64,000 bases of DNA from Clostridia bacterium (GTDB lineage: Bacteria > Bacillota > Clostridia > UMGS1883), in NCBI GenBank assembly GCA_045636425.1, contig JAZTXM010000003.1:4903-68902 (forward strand). Reading direction: 5' to 3'. Position 1 is the first letter of the stretch; each line of letters begins with the position of its first letter. The notes below the pieces were generated by a model. The model had not been told where the DNA came from and did no database searches. It was given only the letters and a program-made list of their open reading frames with translations. The position numbers were made by a program, and so were the translations under genes. Of the stretch, positions 15,581-26,219 are shown piece by piece.

Positions 15581-18208
15581 TTATGCGATAATCTCGGAAA
15601 CCTTTGCAAGTGCTTCGGCAATTTTTCCTGCGTCCTTACCGCCGCCCTGTGCACTGTCGGGCTTACCGCCGCCGCTGCCGCCTGCAACAGCTGTGATTTC
15701 CTTAATTATCTTTCCGCAATGTATGCCTGCCTTAACAGCATCCTGACTTGCCATTGCAACAAAGGAAATCTTTCCTTCTGTTTCTGCACCGAATACGCAA
15801 ACGCTCATAGGAGTCTTGTCCTTTATAGCGTCGCCCGTCTTACGGAGAGAATCAACTGTTGCACCGTCAAGCTGAGCTACTACAAGTGTAATATCGCCGA
15901 TTTTCTTAGCGTTTGACATAATGTCGCTTGCCTTTGCATTAGCCATCTGCGCAGCTATTTGTTCAAGCTTCTTCTGCTGTTCGCGGTTTTCGTTTACAAT
16001 AGATTCAGCACGGTGAACAAGCTCACCCTCGGTTGTTTTAAGTGCCATAGCTGTATTTGCAATGATAGCGTTCTTTTCTTCAATATAGCGAAGTACTCCC
16101 TCGCCTGTTACAGCTTCGATTCTTCTTACGCCTGCCGCAACGCCGCCCTCGGACAGAATCTTGCAAAGACCTGCCTCTGCAGTATTCTTAAGATGGCAAC
16201 CGCCGCAAAGCTCGATTGAATATCCACCCATATTTACTACGCGGACAGTATCACCATACTTTTCACCAAAGAGTGCCATTGCACCCTCTGCCTTAGCATC
16301 TGCAATAGACATATTCTTGATTGTAACGGGGTATGCCGCAAGAATTGCCGCATTTACTTTATTTTCAACCTCTTGAAGCTGCTCTTTTGAAACTGCTTCA
16401 AAGTGAGAAAAGTCAAAACGAAGTCTTGATTCGTCAACGTAGCTTCCTGCCTGCTCAATATGGCTGCCCAATACTTCACGAAGGGCTTTTTGCAGAAGAT
16501 GCGTTGTTGAGTGGTTACGTGCTGTAGCCATTCTTTTCTTGGCGTCAATTGTTACATGAACCTTGTCACCCTTATTGGCACTTCCCTCTGTAACGGTTAC
16601 ATGGTGAAGAATCTTTCCGTCGCCGAGCTTCTTTGCATCGGTAACGGTCATCTTAAAGCCTTCGCCGGTAATTTCACCATTATCGCCCATCTGACCGCCG
16701 CTTTCGCCGTATACTACAGTCTTATCAAGAATGATAACTGCGTTTTCGCCATCAGAAACACTTTCGGTAACCTGTCCGTCCTTTACGATAACAGTAATAT
16801 TCGCATCACACTGGGAATTGTCATATCCGATGAATTCTGTTGTGATTTCCTTGCCTAATGTCTGATAAATATCCTCGCTCCATGCCGCTTCATCACCGAC
16901 ATTTCTTCCCTCTCTTGAACGGGTTTTCTGCTCAAGAAGAAGGGCATTGAATGCATCGCGGTCAACGCCGAGACCTTTTTCCTGAAGAATTTCTTCTGTA
17001 AGGTCAATGGGGAAGCCGTAAGTATCATTAAGCGTGAAAGCATCATCACCTGAAAGAATCTTTCCACCTGATTTTTCAAGGTCTTGTATCTTTTCTTCGA
17101 GAATTGAGAGACCGCGGTCGATTGTCTGCGCGAAGCTTTCTTCCTCTCTCTTAATAACTCTCTTTATATAATCCTGCTTTTCTTCAAGCTGGGGATATGC
17201 ACCCTTTGACTCACGGATAACCGTATCGGCAATATTATAAAGGAATGTGCCCTCTACACCGAGAAGTCTGCCGTGACGTGCCGCACGCCTTAAAAGTCTG
17301 CGAAGAACGTAGCCTCTGCCCTCGTTTGAGGGGGAAACGCCGTCGCAAACCATAAAGGTTGTGCTTCTGATGTGGTCAGTGATAACACGCAGTGAAATAT
17401 CTGTCTTTTCGTTTTCGCCGTAATTAACCTTTGCCACCTTGCTGATTTCAAGCATAATGTTGCGGATTGTATCAACCTCAAAAAGGTTATTTACATCCTG
17501 CATGATAACAGCCATTCTTTCAAGACCCATACCTGTATCGATATTGGGATTTGCAAGGCGGTTATATACGCCGTTTTCATCTTTATCAAACTGGGTGAAT
17601 ACAAGATTCCAGAATTCTACGAATCTGTCACACTCACAGCCTACCTTACAATCCGGGCTTCCGCAACCGTATTTTTCACCGCGGTCAAAGTAAAGCTCAC
17701 TGCAGGGACCGCAGGGACCCTGACCGATTTCCCAGAAGTTGTCCTCTTTACCCATCTTAGAAATATGGGAGGGGTCTACTCCTACCTCTTTTGTCCAGAT
17801 GTCGATAGCTTCATCGTCTTCCTCGTAAACTGTGATATACACTCTGTCCTCGGGAAGTCCGAGCTCTTTGGTAACAAACTCCCAAGCCCACGCGGTAGCC
17901 TCGTGCTTGAAATAGTCACCAAAAGAGAAGTTACCCAGCATTTCAAAAAACGTACCGTGACGGGCAGTTATACCAACACGCTCAATGTCGGGTGTACGAA
18001 TACATTTCTGGCAGGTGGTCACTCTCTTACGGGGAGGAACCTCCTTCCCTGTGAAATAGGGCTTAAGCGGTGCCATACCTGCATTTATAAGAAGGAGACT
18101 GTTGTCATTCTGCGGAACGAGCGGAAATGACGGCAGTCTTAAATGTCCCTTACTTTCAAAGAATTTTAAATATCTTTCGCGAATTTCATTGAGTCCTAAT
18201 TTTTCCAT
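15581..18208 (-). CDS. alaS: alanine--tRNA ligase
   Basis: MEKLGLNEIRERYLKFFESKGH... with class-II motifs and the HxxxH/CxxxH editing domain. AAGGAG SD. The ORF-track extension to 18469 crosses a promoter and a terminator. Confidence 0.93.
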   Translation of the reverse strand: MEKLGLNEIRERYLKFFESKGHLRLPSFPLVPQNDNSLLLINAGMAPLKPYFTGKEVPPRKRVTTCQKCIRTPDIERVGITARHGTFFEMLGNFSFGDYFKHEATAWAWEFVTKELGLPEDRVYITVYEEDDEAIDIWTKEVGVDPSHISKMGKEDNFWEIGQGPCGPCSELYFDRGEKYGCGSPDCKVGCECDRFVEFWNLVFTQFDKDENGVYNRLANPNIDTGMGLERMAVIMQDVNNLFEVDTIRNIMLEISKVAKVNYGENEKTDISLRVITDHIRSTTFMVCDGVSPSNEGRGYVLRRLLRRAARHGRLLGVEGTFLYNIADTVIRESKGAYPQLEEKQDYIKRVIKREEESFAQTIDRGLSILEEKIQDLEKSGGKILSGDDAFTLNDTYGFPIDLTEEILQEKGLGVDRDAFNALLLEQKTRSREGRNVGDEAAWSEDIYQTLGKEITTEFIGYDNSQCDANITVIVKDGQVTESVSDGENAVIILDKTVVYGESGGQMGDNGEITGEGFKMTVTDAKKLGDGKILHHVTVTEGSANKGDKVHVTIDAKKRMATARNHSTTHLLQKALREVLGSHIEQAGSYVDESRLRFDFSHFEAVSKEQLQEVENKVNAAILAAYPVTIKNMSIADAKAEGAMALFGEKYGDTVRVVNMGGYSIELCGGCHLKNTAEAGLCKILSEGGVAAGVRRIEAVTGEGVLRYIEEKNAIIANTAMALKTTEGELVHRAESIVNENREQQKKLEQIAAQMANAKASDIMSNAKKIGDITLVVAQLDGATVDSLRKTGDAIKDKTPMSVCVFGAETEGKISFVAMASQDAVKAGIHCGKIIKEITAVAGGSGGGKPDSAQGGGKDAGKIAEALAKVSEIIA

Positions 18209-18233
18209 TGTAAACACTCCTTTACAAAATAAC

Positions 18234-18262
18234 ATTATACCTTTTTTTAGGAATGTTGTCAA
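18234..18262 (-). promoter_or_regulatory. consensus sigma-A promoter of alaS
   Basis: On the minus strand: TTGACA (18262-18257), 17-nt spacer, TATAAT (18239-18234). Confidence 0.7.
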
Positions 18263-18353
18263 CCGAAAAAGACTATTTTTTAGGGTTTTAAACGGCAAAA
18301 AAGGACACCCTCGCAATGTTTTTGCCAAGGCGTCTCTTTTGCCGAAGTATTTA

Positions 18354-19388
18354 TCAGAAACATTTTCCGTCTTTGCAGTCGTGCGTGTTTCCTCCCCGAT
18401 AGCAAAGTTCGTTGGGACACTGCCCTTTTTCAAAGAAGCCTTCCAGATTTGAAATTGTGGTGTCGGCAATATTTGTAAGTGCTTCCTTTGTCAAAAACGC
18501 CTGATGTGACGTCACGATGACATTGGGCATGGATATAAGCCGTGCCAAGGTATCATCCTCCACGATATGCCCCGAATAATCCTCGAAGAAAAGCTCTGAC
18601 TCCTCCTCGTACACATCGAGGCACGCCGCCCCGACCTGTCTTGACTTGATGCCGTTTAAAAGGGCTTCCGCATCCACCAGCGCACCGCGGGAGGTATTTA
18701 TAATCACTACACCCCTTTTGCATTTTTCAATAGAATTTTCGTCAATGATGTGGTAGGTTTCATCATTAAGCGGACAATGCAGGGAAATTATATCACTGCT
18801 GCTGAAAAGCTCATCGGTGGAAACATATCTGATGTTTTCCCCGTCGGCAAGTCCCTCCGCGGGAAACTTGTCATAGGCAAGAACTTTCATTCCAAATCCG
18901 CGGCAAATGTCAATAAACACTCTGCCGATTTTTCCTGTTCCTATTATTCCCACGGTTTTTCCGTGAAGGTCAAATCCTGTCATTCCCGAAAGGCTGAAAT
19001 TAAAGTCCTTCGTACGGATATACGCCTTATGAATACGCCTGATTGATGTAAGAAGCATTGCCATGGCATGCTCCGCCACCGCATAGGGTGAGTATGCAGG
19101 CACCCTGAGAACATGAATTTTACCGAAAGCATACTTCATATCTACGTTATTAAATCCTGCACAGCGAAGTGCAACCACACCCACGCCCAATTCACACAGG
19201 CGGTCGATTACCTCTTTATTAACAGAATCGTTTACAAATACGCATACTGCATCAAAGCCCTTTGCAAGACCTACAGTATCCTCATTCAGCTTGGTTTCAA
19301 AATATTTTATGGTAATGTCCTTCCCTGCCGAAGCACTTTCAAAAGACTCCTTATCATAGGGTTTTGTGTCAAAAAACGCTATTCTCAT
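18354..19388 (-). CDS. ldhA: D-isomer-specific 2-hydroxyacid dehydrogenase (D-lactate dehydrogenase-like)
   Basis: GIIGTGKIGR NAD-binding motif with an LdhA-like layout. Has an extra Cys-rich C-terminal tail. Confidence 0.75.
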   Translation of the reverse strand: MRIAFFDTKPYDKESFESASAGKDITIKYFETKLNEDTVGLAKGFDAVCVFVNDSVNKEVIDRLCELGVGVVALRCAGFNNVDMKYAFGKIHVLRVPAYSPYAVAEHAMAMLLTSIRRIHKAYIRTKDFNFSLSGMTGFDLHGKTVGIIGTGKIGRVFIDICRGFGMKVLAYDKFPAEGLADGENIRYVSTDELFSSSDIISLHCPLNDETYHIIDENSIEKCKRGVVIINTSRGALVDAEALLNGIKSRQVGAACLDVYEEESELFFEDYSGHIVEDDTLARLISMPNVIVTSHQAFLTKEALTNIADTTISNLEGFFEKGQCPNELCYRGGNTHDCKDGKCF

Positions 19389-19566
19389 AATATCCCTCCT
19401 ACAATGGCTATCCTTATTATGGCTGATTAAATAATATTTATCCGCTGCCCCAATATATCACAGATAATTTTCAATGTCAATAATGGAAAAAAACAGTGGA
19501 TTTTTCCATTATTGTATGATAAAATAGTAGTGTTATTTTAGATATTTTATTTTAGGAGGGCTTAGC

Positions 19567-20400
19567 GTGTCTTGGTTAGAAGCATTTATACTTGGACTTA
19601 TTCAGGGGATAAGCGAATTTCTGCCTATCTCATCATCGGGGCATCTGTCGATTGCAGGGCGTCTTATGGGTATGGATCCTGAGGCGGATAGTCTTTTATC
19701 CTTTAACATACTTTTGCACGTGGCAACGCTTGCGGCGGTATTTATTGTCTACCGCAAAGATATTTGGGAAATGATAAAAGCATTTTTCTCCATGTGCGGT
19801 GACCTTTTCACGGGAAAGGGCTTAAAGCTTAAGGAATATACATACCGCCGTCTTATAGTAATGCTCATTATTGCTACAATTCCTGCAACAGTGGCGGCAT
19901 TTTTATTCGGTGATATTATTGAAAACCCTGCCCTGTGGCAGATTGGTACATTCCTTATTATAACGGCTGTGCTTCTGTTTGTCAGTGAAAAGCTTGCGGG
20001 TGGAAAAACACCGCTTGATTCCATGAGCTATAAACAAGCTCTCGGTACAGGTTGCTTCCAGGCACTGGGAACTCTCCCCGGAATCAGCCGAAGCGGAAGC
20101 ACCATTGTGGGTGGACTTTTCTGTAATCTTGACAAAAAGACAGCGGTAAGATTCTCCTTCCTGATGTCAATCCCGGCAATTTTGGGAGCACTGCTTCTTG
20201 ATATAAAGGATATGATGAGCATAGAGACAGCTCTTCCCGGTATACTCCCCGTCTTAGTAGGTATGATAACTGCCGCAGTAAGCGGATACCTGGCAATCAA
20301 GTTTCTTCTGCGTCTGGTTGAAAAGAGTAAGCTCAGCTATTTCTCCTACTACTGCATAGTGGCAGGTATTTTCGCAATAGTGCTGAATTTCACTATCTAA
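19567..20400 (+). CDS. uppP: undecaprenyl-diphosphate phosphatase
   Basis: GTG start with TAGGAGGG SD. Carries the BacA/UppP motifs EFLPISSSGH and PGISRSG. Confidence 0.9.
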   Translation: MSWLEAFILGLIQGISEFLPISSSGHLSIAGRLMGMDPEADSLLSFNILLHVATLAAVFIVYRKDIWEMIKAFFSMCGDLFTGKGLKLKEYTYRRLIVMLIIATIPATVAAFLFGDIIENPALWQIGTFLIITAVLLFVSEKLAGGKTPLDSMSYKQALGTGCFQALGTLPGISRSGSTIVGGLFCNLDKKTAVRFSFLMSIPAILGALLLDIKDMMSIETALPGILPVLVGMITAAVSGYLAIKFLLRLVEKSKLSYFSYYCIVAGIFAIVLNFTI

Positions 20401-20442
20401 GCTGAATTTCACTATCTGATTTGAATCGGAAAGGATATTAAA

Positions 20443-22890
20443 ATGGACAATAAATCTACGAAAAAGAGGTCTACAATCAAAAGGTCAACCTCTCCGAAAA
20501 GTTCTTCAAAAGGTAAAAAGCCTACTAAACAAGCCCCCGCAAAAAAGAGTGCAAATCCCGAAGTGCGCAGAATTTGCCTTTTATTCCTTGCGGCAGTTTT
20601 GCTTTTCTCCCACATGGGTGTGTTTGGTGCTTTGGGCGGTTTTTTGAGGAGACTTTGCAAGCTGTTTTGCGGAAGCATGAGCATAGCAATTCCCCTTATG
20701 CTTTTGACGGCTTCCATCCATCTTTTTGTAAAAAAGACTTTATCACCCCATAAGTACAGATATGTCTTTACGGCACTTTTCTTCGTTTGCCTGTGCGGCA
20801 TTCATACGCTCTATTATTCAAATGCTCAGGCGGAGTTATTCGATGGTCCTTTTGATGCACTCATTGAAACAATCACCGATAGCTCTGATTCAAATTTATC
20901 CGGCGGTCTTATTGGTGCAATCCTTGCACTCCCCCTCAAAGCATTAGTAAGCTCCGTGGGAACTTATCTTATACTTCTCCTTCTCGCCTCTGTATGCTTT
21001 GTGACGGTAACGGGAACAGAGCCGTTTGCGAGAGCTTTTTCCTATCTCTACAAAAATATATCGGAATTCCTCTTTAACATAAAAGAAGAAAACGAGGCAG
21101 ACCAAGAAGCCGAGGACCTTATTATAAACGGCGTTGAGGACGAAAGCACTCCCAAAAAGAAAAAGAGAAAAGCCGCAGACGGCGAAGAACCCGAAAAGAA
21201 GAAAAAGAAGAAAATCGGAAAAGAAACACTTACAGATGAAGAAATTACGGCGGCAGACAGTGACAATAACGAATTTACCATAAATCTTTACGACAATAAA
21301 AAGTCCAAAAATGAGGAACCCCCCTTAGAAAAGGTTGAGATTCCCGAAGAAATCAAAAAAGCCGCAATGGAGGCTTCGGGTGGCGTGGAGGAAGTAAAAG
21401 AAGATACCTCCCCCATAGCCGTGACGGAGGATGAAATTGAGCTTGAATATATCCCTTATACATTCCCGCCTATAGACCTTCTTTCAAAGGCAAAGGCAGG
21501 AGGCTCTGCGGACAAGCCCGAAGACCTTCGCACACAGGCTAAGAAGCTTGTTGACACATTGGCAAGCTTCGGAGTAGAGGCAAAGGTTTTAGAGGTAAGC
21601 AAAGGCCCTGCCGTAACAAGATTTGAGCTTCAGCCCTCTGCCGGAGTAAAGGTGAGCAAAATTGTAAATTTGGCAGATGATATTGCCCTTAACCTGGCAG
21701 CATTCGGCGTAAGAATCGAAGCTCCCATCCCAGGCAAGGCTGCCGTAGGTATAGAAATCCCCAATAAGAGCACCTCAATGGTTGCTCTCCGCGAAGTAAT
21801 CGACAGCCAGGAATTCCGCTCATTTAAATCCAAAACTGCCTTTGCAATGGGTAAGGATATTGCGGGGCAGGCAGTTGTCAGCGATATTTCAAAGATGCCC
21901 CATATGCTTATTGCCGGTGCTACGGGCAGCGGTAAGAGTGTGTGTATAAATTCACTTATCACAAGTATTCTCTATAAGGCAGACCCCAACGAAGTAAAGC
22001 TTATACTTATTGACCCCAAGGTTGTCGAGCTTGGCGTATACAACGGGATTCCCCATCTTTTAATCCCCGTGGTGACAGACCCCCGCCGTGCGGCAGGTGC
22101 TCTTAACTGGGCGGTTCAGGAAATGGTTAAGCGTTACAGCATGTTTGCTACGGCAAATGTCCGTGATATTAAGGGCTACAATGAATATGCCGCTCTTAAC
22201 GGTGAAAGACTTATGGAGCAGATTGTCATTGTTATCGACGAGCTTGCAGACCTTATGATGGTGTCCCCTCATGAGGTTGAAGACTCTATATGCCGTCTCG
22301 CACAGATGGCAAGAGCCGCAGGCATGCACCTTGTAATTGCAACACAGCGTCCCTCGGTAGACGTTATTACAGGTCTTATTAAGGCAAATGTACCCAGCCG
22401 TATTGCGTTCTCCGTATCAAGCCAGATTGACAGCCGTACAATTTTGGATATGGGCGGTGCAGAAAAGCTTTTGGGTAAAGGAGACATGCTCTTCCTGCCC
22501 ATGGGAGCAAGCAAGCCCAAGAGGCTTCAGGGTGCATTCGTTTCCGACAAGGAAATTGAGAAAATTGTTGAATTTGTAAAGAACTGTTCCTCTGCACATT
22601 ACAACGAGGATATTATAGAGCATATTGAAAACGGTGCTGAAGACCATAGTGGCGGAGATGACAGCGAGGCTGATGATTTACTGCCGCAGGCAATCGAAAT
22701 CGTGGTGGAAATCGGACAGGCAAGTGCGTCACTGCTTCAAAGAAAGCTAAAGGTCGGATATTCACGTGCAGGCAGGCTTGTTGACCAGCTTGAGGAAAGA
22801 GGAATCATCGGTCCCCACGAAGGAAGCAAGCCCCGTAAGGTGCTGATAAGCAGAAGCGAATTCCAGGAAATGATGGTAAATCAGGAGTAG
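20443..22890 (+). CDS. ftsK: DNA translocase FtsK/SpoIIIE
   Basis: N-terminal TM helices, a K/E-rich linker, the Walker A GATGSGKS motor and a C-terminal winged-helix gamma domain. Confidence 0.92.
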   Translation: MDNKSTKKRSTIKRSTSPKSSSKGKKPTKQAPAKKSANPEVRRICLLFLAAVLLFSHMGVFGALGGFLRRLCKLFCGSMSIAIPLMLLTASIHLFVKKTLSPHKYRYVFTALFFVCLCGIHTLYYSNAQAELFDGPFDALIETITDSSDSNLSGGLIGAILALPLKALVSSVGTYLILLLLASVCFVTVTGTEPFARAFSYLYKNISEFLFNIKEENEADQEAEDLIINGVEDESTPKKKKRKAADGEEPEKKKKKKIGKETLTDEEITAADSDNNEFTINLYDNKKSKNEEPPLEKVEIPEEIKKAAMEASGGVEEVKEDTSPIAVTEDEIELEYIPYTFPPIDLLSKAKAGGSADKPEDLRTQAKKLVDTLASFGVEAKVLEVSKGPAVTRFELQPSAGVKVSKIVNLADDIALNLAAFGVRIEAPIPGKAAVGIEIPNKSTSMVALREVIDSQEFRSFKSKTAFAMGKDIAGQAVVSDISKMPHMLIAGATGSGKSVCINSLITSILYKADPNEVKLILIDPKVVELGVYNGIPHLLIPVVTDPRRAAGALNWAVQEMVKRYSMFATANVRDIKGYNEYAALNGERLMEQIVIVIDELADLMMVSPHEVEDSICRLAQMARAAGMHLVIATQRPSVDVITGLIKANVPSRIAFSVSSQIDSRTILDMGGAEKLLGKGDMLFLPMGASKPKRLQGAFVSDKEIEKIVEFVKNCSSAHYNEDIIEHIENGAEDHSGGDDSEADDLLPQAIEIVVEIGQASASLLQRKLKVGYSRAGRLVDQLEERGIIGPHEGSKPRKVLISRSEFQEMMVNQE

Positions 22891-22927
22891 AATATCGACA
22901 CGCGATGTTTTTTTGTTAATATTCGAC

Positions 22928-22977
22928 AAAAAAAATACTGTAGAATGCTTAAATTTGAGCATTTTACAGTATTTTTT
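22928..22977 (+). terminator. rho-independent terminator after ftsK
   Basis: AAAAATACTGTAGAATGCT-8 nt-AGCATTTTACAGTATTTTTT. Confidence 0.75.
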
Positions 22978-22978
22978 C

Positions 22979-23007
22979 TTGACATCTGAAATTTTAAGTG
23001 TTATAGT
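22979..23007 (+). promoter_or_regulatory. sigma-A type promoter of sigH
   Basis: TTGACA (22979-22984), 17-nt spacer, TATAGT (23002-23007). Confidence 0.6.
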
Positions 23008-23026
23008 AGTAATATGGAGGCGTTAT

Positions 23027-23656
23027 ATGGGTAATTTTAATTCACTAAATAACTTTGCCTCATTCAGTGATGAAAAGTTGGCTGTTCTTGCCGGGCAGGG
23101 AAATGACCGAGCGCTTGATTATTTACTCAGCAAGTATCGTGTTTTTGTTCGCAATAAATCTCTTTCTTATTTTATTGCCGGTGCTGATAGGGATGACATT
23201 ATTCAAGAGGGTATGATTGGTCTGTTTAAAGCTGTCAGGGATTTTTCTCCTGAGCGCGGTGTATCTTTTAAGACATTTGCCGACCTTTGTGTGACAAGGC
23301 AGATTATAACCGCGGTGAAAAACGCCAGCAGACAAAAGCATGCACCTCTTAATTTTTATGTTTCACTGAACAAACCGCTTTCAGATGATGAAAACGATTC
23401 TACTTTGGAACATCTTTTGGGACATGCTGAAAATCTTAATCCCGAAGAAATAGTAATTAAAAAAGAAGATGCAGATGCATTAGGCTCAGATATGAATCGT
23501 ATATTATCTCAGTTTGAAGCTTCTGTGCTGTCGCTTTATCTCAAGGGTCATAGCTATGCGGACATATCCAAAATTGTCTGCAAGGATGTAAAGGCTATAG
23601 ACAATGCTTTGCAGCGAATAAAGAAGAAGTTTGAAAAGCTTTCATCTAAAGAATAG
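23027..23656 (+). CDS. sigH: RNA polymerase sporulation sigma factor SigH
   Basis: ADRDDIIQEGMIGLFKAVRDF...FADLCVTRQIITAVKNASRQKHAPLN matches the Spo0H signature. GGAGG SD. The ORF-track start at 22913 lies upstream of the promoter. Confidence 0.85.
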   Translation: MGNFNSLNNFASFSDEKLAVLAGQGNDRALDYLLSKYRVFVRNKSLSYFIAGADRDDIIQEGMIGLFKAVRDFSPERGVSFKTFADLCVTRQIITAVKNASRQKHAPLNFYVSLNKPLSDDENDSTLEHLLGHAENLNPEEIVIKKEDADALGSDMNRILSQFEASVLSLYLKGHSYADISKIVCKDVKAIDNALQRIKKKFEKLSSKE

Positions 23657-23753
23657 CTGCACGGCGAAAATCACATTGCTATATGCCCGAATCGGTGTGG
23701 TAACCGTAACGGGTAAAAAATATTTTTATAGGTAAAGGTAAGGAGATTCGAAA

Positions 23754-24023
23754 ATGTACGAAGACAAGACTTTAGTCTGCAAAGATTGCGGACAGGAATT
23801 CGTGTTCACAGCAGGCGAGCAGGAATTCTATGCTGAAAAAGGCTTCCAGAACGAGCCTCAGAGATGTAAGGACTGCAGAGCAGCTAAGAAGGCATCTCTC
23901 AGAGAAAACAGAGAAATGTATACTGCTGTTTGCGCTGAATGTGGCGGAGAAGCAAAGGTTCCTTTCGTTCCCAAGGACGACAGACCTGTTTACTGCAGCG
24001 AATGCTTTGCAAAAAACAAATAA
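23754..24023 (+). CDS. small double zinc-ribbon protein (four CxxC pairs)
   Basis: 89 aa with CKDCG...CKDC and CAECG...CSEC. AAGGAG SD. Confidence 0.7.
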   Translation: MYEDKTLVCKDCGQEFVFTAGEQEFYAEKGFQNEPQRCKDCRAAKKASLRENREMYTAVCAECGGEAKVPFVPKDDRPVYCSECFAKNK

Positions 24024-24047
24024 TCTCCTTATTAACCAGAGAAGATT

Positions 24048-24090
24048 ACAACAAAATGGTGTTAGCTAAGCTAACACCATTTTTTGTTGT
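24048..24090. terminator. bidirectional terminator
   Basis: ACAACAAAATGGTGTTAGC...GCTAACACCATTTTTTGTTGT. Confidence 0.8.
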
Positions 24091-24111
24091 CTTATAGGAA
24101 TTTACCTGAAA

Positions 24112-26001
24112 TTAAGACGCATGAAACTGTGTTCGCACCGGGCAAGGGTGCGACGTGGGTGAAGCGGCACGCTTCTTTTTCATCATTCGCATAGCGTTTA
24201 ATACCGCTATTATCATTACACCCACATCGGCAAATATTGCCGCATACATATTGTCAAATCCCAATATGCTCAAAACCATTACTCCAAACTTAACACCAAG
24301 GGACAAGGCTATATTTTGCCGCACAATTTTCATGGTTTTCTTTGAAAGTGCCACAGCCCTGGCAAGTAGCGATAAATCGTCATTCATAATTACAATATCC
24401 GCCGCTTCAACTGCCGCATCGCTTCCCAATGCACCCATGGCAAAGCCTACATCTACGCAGGAAAGAACAGGTGCATCATTTATTCCGTCCCCTACAAAAG
24501 CGGTGATGCCCTCCTTTTTCATCTGTAAAACCTTTTCCACCTTATCCTGCGGCAGAAGCTCTGCATAAGCTTCATCGGCTCCTACTTCTTTCTGGACTTT
24601 TAATGCCGTCTCTTCGTTATCCCCCGTCAGCATTACTATGCGTTTAATCCCTGCCTTTTTCAAGGCACGCAGACTTTCAGGAGCGTTTTCCTTGACTTTA
24701 TCCTCCATGAGGATAAAGCCTGCGGCACTATTATCATACGCCACATATACATACGTGCCGTCCTCATCATTATATGGTATGTGAATTTCATTATCAATCA
24801 GAAGCTTGCGGCTTCCTGCAAGCACCCTTTTTCCGTCAATTTCAGCCGAGATTCCCTTTCCCGGAATGGTAATGACATTTTTTATACGCTCTTTCTGAAT
24901 TTCCTTGCCATATTCTTTAATTATGGAAAGTGCTATGGGATGATTTGAAAAGCTCTCCGCATATGCTGTTATTTCCAGTAACTTTTCTTCACTGATGCCC
25001 GATGCACATATTTTTGAAACGGAAAATTCTCCCTTTGTCACCGTTCCCGTTTTATCAAAGGCGACAATTGATGCTTTCGACAATGTTTCAATATGCTCCG
25101 AGCCTTTAATAAGCACCCCTTGTTTTGAGGCAGCACCTATTGCTCCGAAGAAAGACAGCGGTACTGAAATGACCAGTGCGCAGGGGCATGAAACTATAAG
25201 AAATACCAACGCACGCCTGAGCCATATTAAGAAGCTTTGCCCAAATAAAAGCGTGGGAACTATAGCCGCCGCAAGTGCCGCAAAGAATACGCAGGGAGTA
25301 TACTTACGGGAAAACTTCGTAATAAATTTTTCCGATTGCGATTTGTAAGCGGATGAAGTTTCCACTAAATTAAGAATCTTTGCCACGGTGCTTTCCCTGT
25401 AGACGCTTTCCGTCTTGATTTTTACGGGGCTTTGTATATTTATCATTCCGCTGAAAACATAGTCGCCCGCTTTAAGCTCACGGGGTATACTCTCCCCAGT
25501 AAGTGAGGAGGAATCAAAAAAGCTGTATCCTTCCTCAATAATTCCGTCCAAGGCTACTTTTTCGCCGGGAATAACAAGGATTGTCTCCCCCTTTAAAATT
25601 TCTTCGGGAGTAACTCTTATTTCCTTTCCGTCTCTTATAACCGTAGCAAAATCCGCTTTCAGCTTCATCAGTTCTTTTATTGATTTACGGCTTTTCCCTA
25701 CTGCCACACTCTGGAAAAGCTCACCCAACTGATAAAGGGTCATAACCATGGCGGCTTCTGAAAACTCCTGTAGGATAAGTGCACCGGCCGTCGCCACAGA
25801 CATAAGTATTTCTTCGTCAAAAAGCTGTCTTGAAAATATTTTTCTGACGGCAGAACAAAGCACATCAAATCCCGAAAGTGCATAAGCGGCACAAAACAGC
25901 GGGATTTGCACATACTCATTTTTTACAAAAATTGCCGATATAAGAATCAATACTGCCGATACAAGTATCTTATATAGATTTTTTCTTTGTCTTTTTGTCA
26001 T
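24112..26001 (-). CDS. cadA: heavy-metal translocating P1B-type ATPase (Cd/Zn-type)
   Basis: CPC transmembrane metal site (SCPCALVIS), DKTGT phosphorylation site and GDGINDAP motif. Confidence 0.85.
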   Translation of the reverse strand: MTKRQRKNLYKILVSAVLILISAIFVKNEYVQIPLFCAAYALSGFDVLCSAVRKIFSRQLFDEEILMSVATAGALILQEFSEAAMVMTLYQLGELFQSVAVGKSRKSIKELMKLKADFATVIRDGKEIRVTPEEILKGETILVIPGEKVALDGIIEEGYSFFDSSSLTGESIPRELKAGDYVFSGMINIQSPVKIKTESVYRESTVAKILNLVETSSAYKSQSEKFITKFSRKYTPCVFFAALAAAIVPTLLFGQSFLIWLRRALVFLIVSCPCALVISVPLSFFGAIGAASKQGVLIKGSEHIETLSKASIVAFDKTGTVTKGEFSVSKICASGISEEKLLEITAYAESFSNHPIALSIIKEYGKEIQKERIKNVITIPGKGISAEIDGKRVLAGSRKLLIDNEIHIPYNDEDGTYVYVAYDNSAAGFILMEDKVKENAPESLRALKKAGIKRIVMLTGDNEETALKVQKEVGADEAYAELLPQDKVEKVLQMKKEGITAFVGDGINDAPVLSCVDVGFAMGALGSDAAVEAADIVIMNDDLSLLARAVALSKKTMKIVRQNIALSLGVKFGVMVLSILGFDNMYAAIFADVGVMIIAVLNAMRMMKKKRAASPTSHPCPVRTQFHAS

Positions 26002-26219
26002 ATTTCCCTCAGTTCAAAATTACGCTCGGTTTTTCTTCCTGCCTTTATGATTTCCTTTTCAATGCGACTAAAATCGGCTTCCTCTGCCTCCACGGTAAGT
26101 GTCTGCATAATAAAATTAAGCATGGCACTTTTTACACCGTCAATCTCTTTAATTGCGTCCTCAATTTTTCCTGCACAAACGGCACAGTCAATCTCCGAAA
26201 CCTCATATTTTTTAATCAT
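25998..26219 (-). CDS. stand-alone heavy-metal-associated (HMA) domain protein
   Basis: CAVCAGKIE metal-binding loop. Start ATG 26219 lies 9 nt after GAAAGGA. ATGA overlap with the cadA start. Confidence 0.7.
   Translation of the reverse strand: MIKKYEVSEIDCAVCAGKIEDAIKEIDGVKSAMLNFIMQTLTVEAEEADFSRIEKEIIKAGRKTERNFELREI

Noticed and set aside
18209-18469. 87-aa upstream extension of alaS.
   Set aside because: It spans the ldhA terminator, a perfect TTGACA-17-TATAAT promoter and the 3' end of ldhA. The AlaRS homology starts at MEKLGLNEI (18208).
21130-21240. A-rich, lysine-codon-rich tract.
   Set aside because: It is in frame within the FtsK linker ([20 protein letters not shown]). It is low-complexity coding sequence, not a regulatory repeat.
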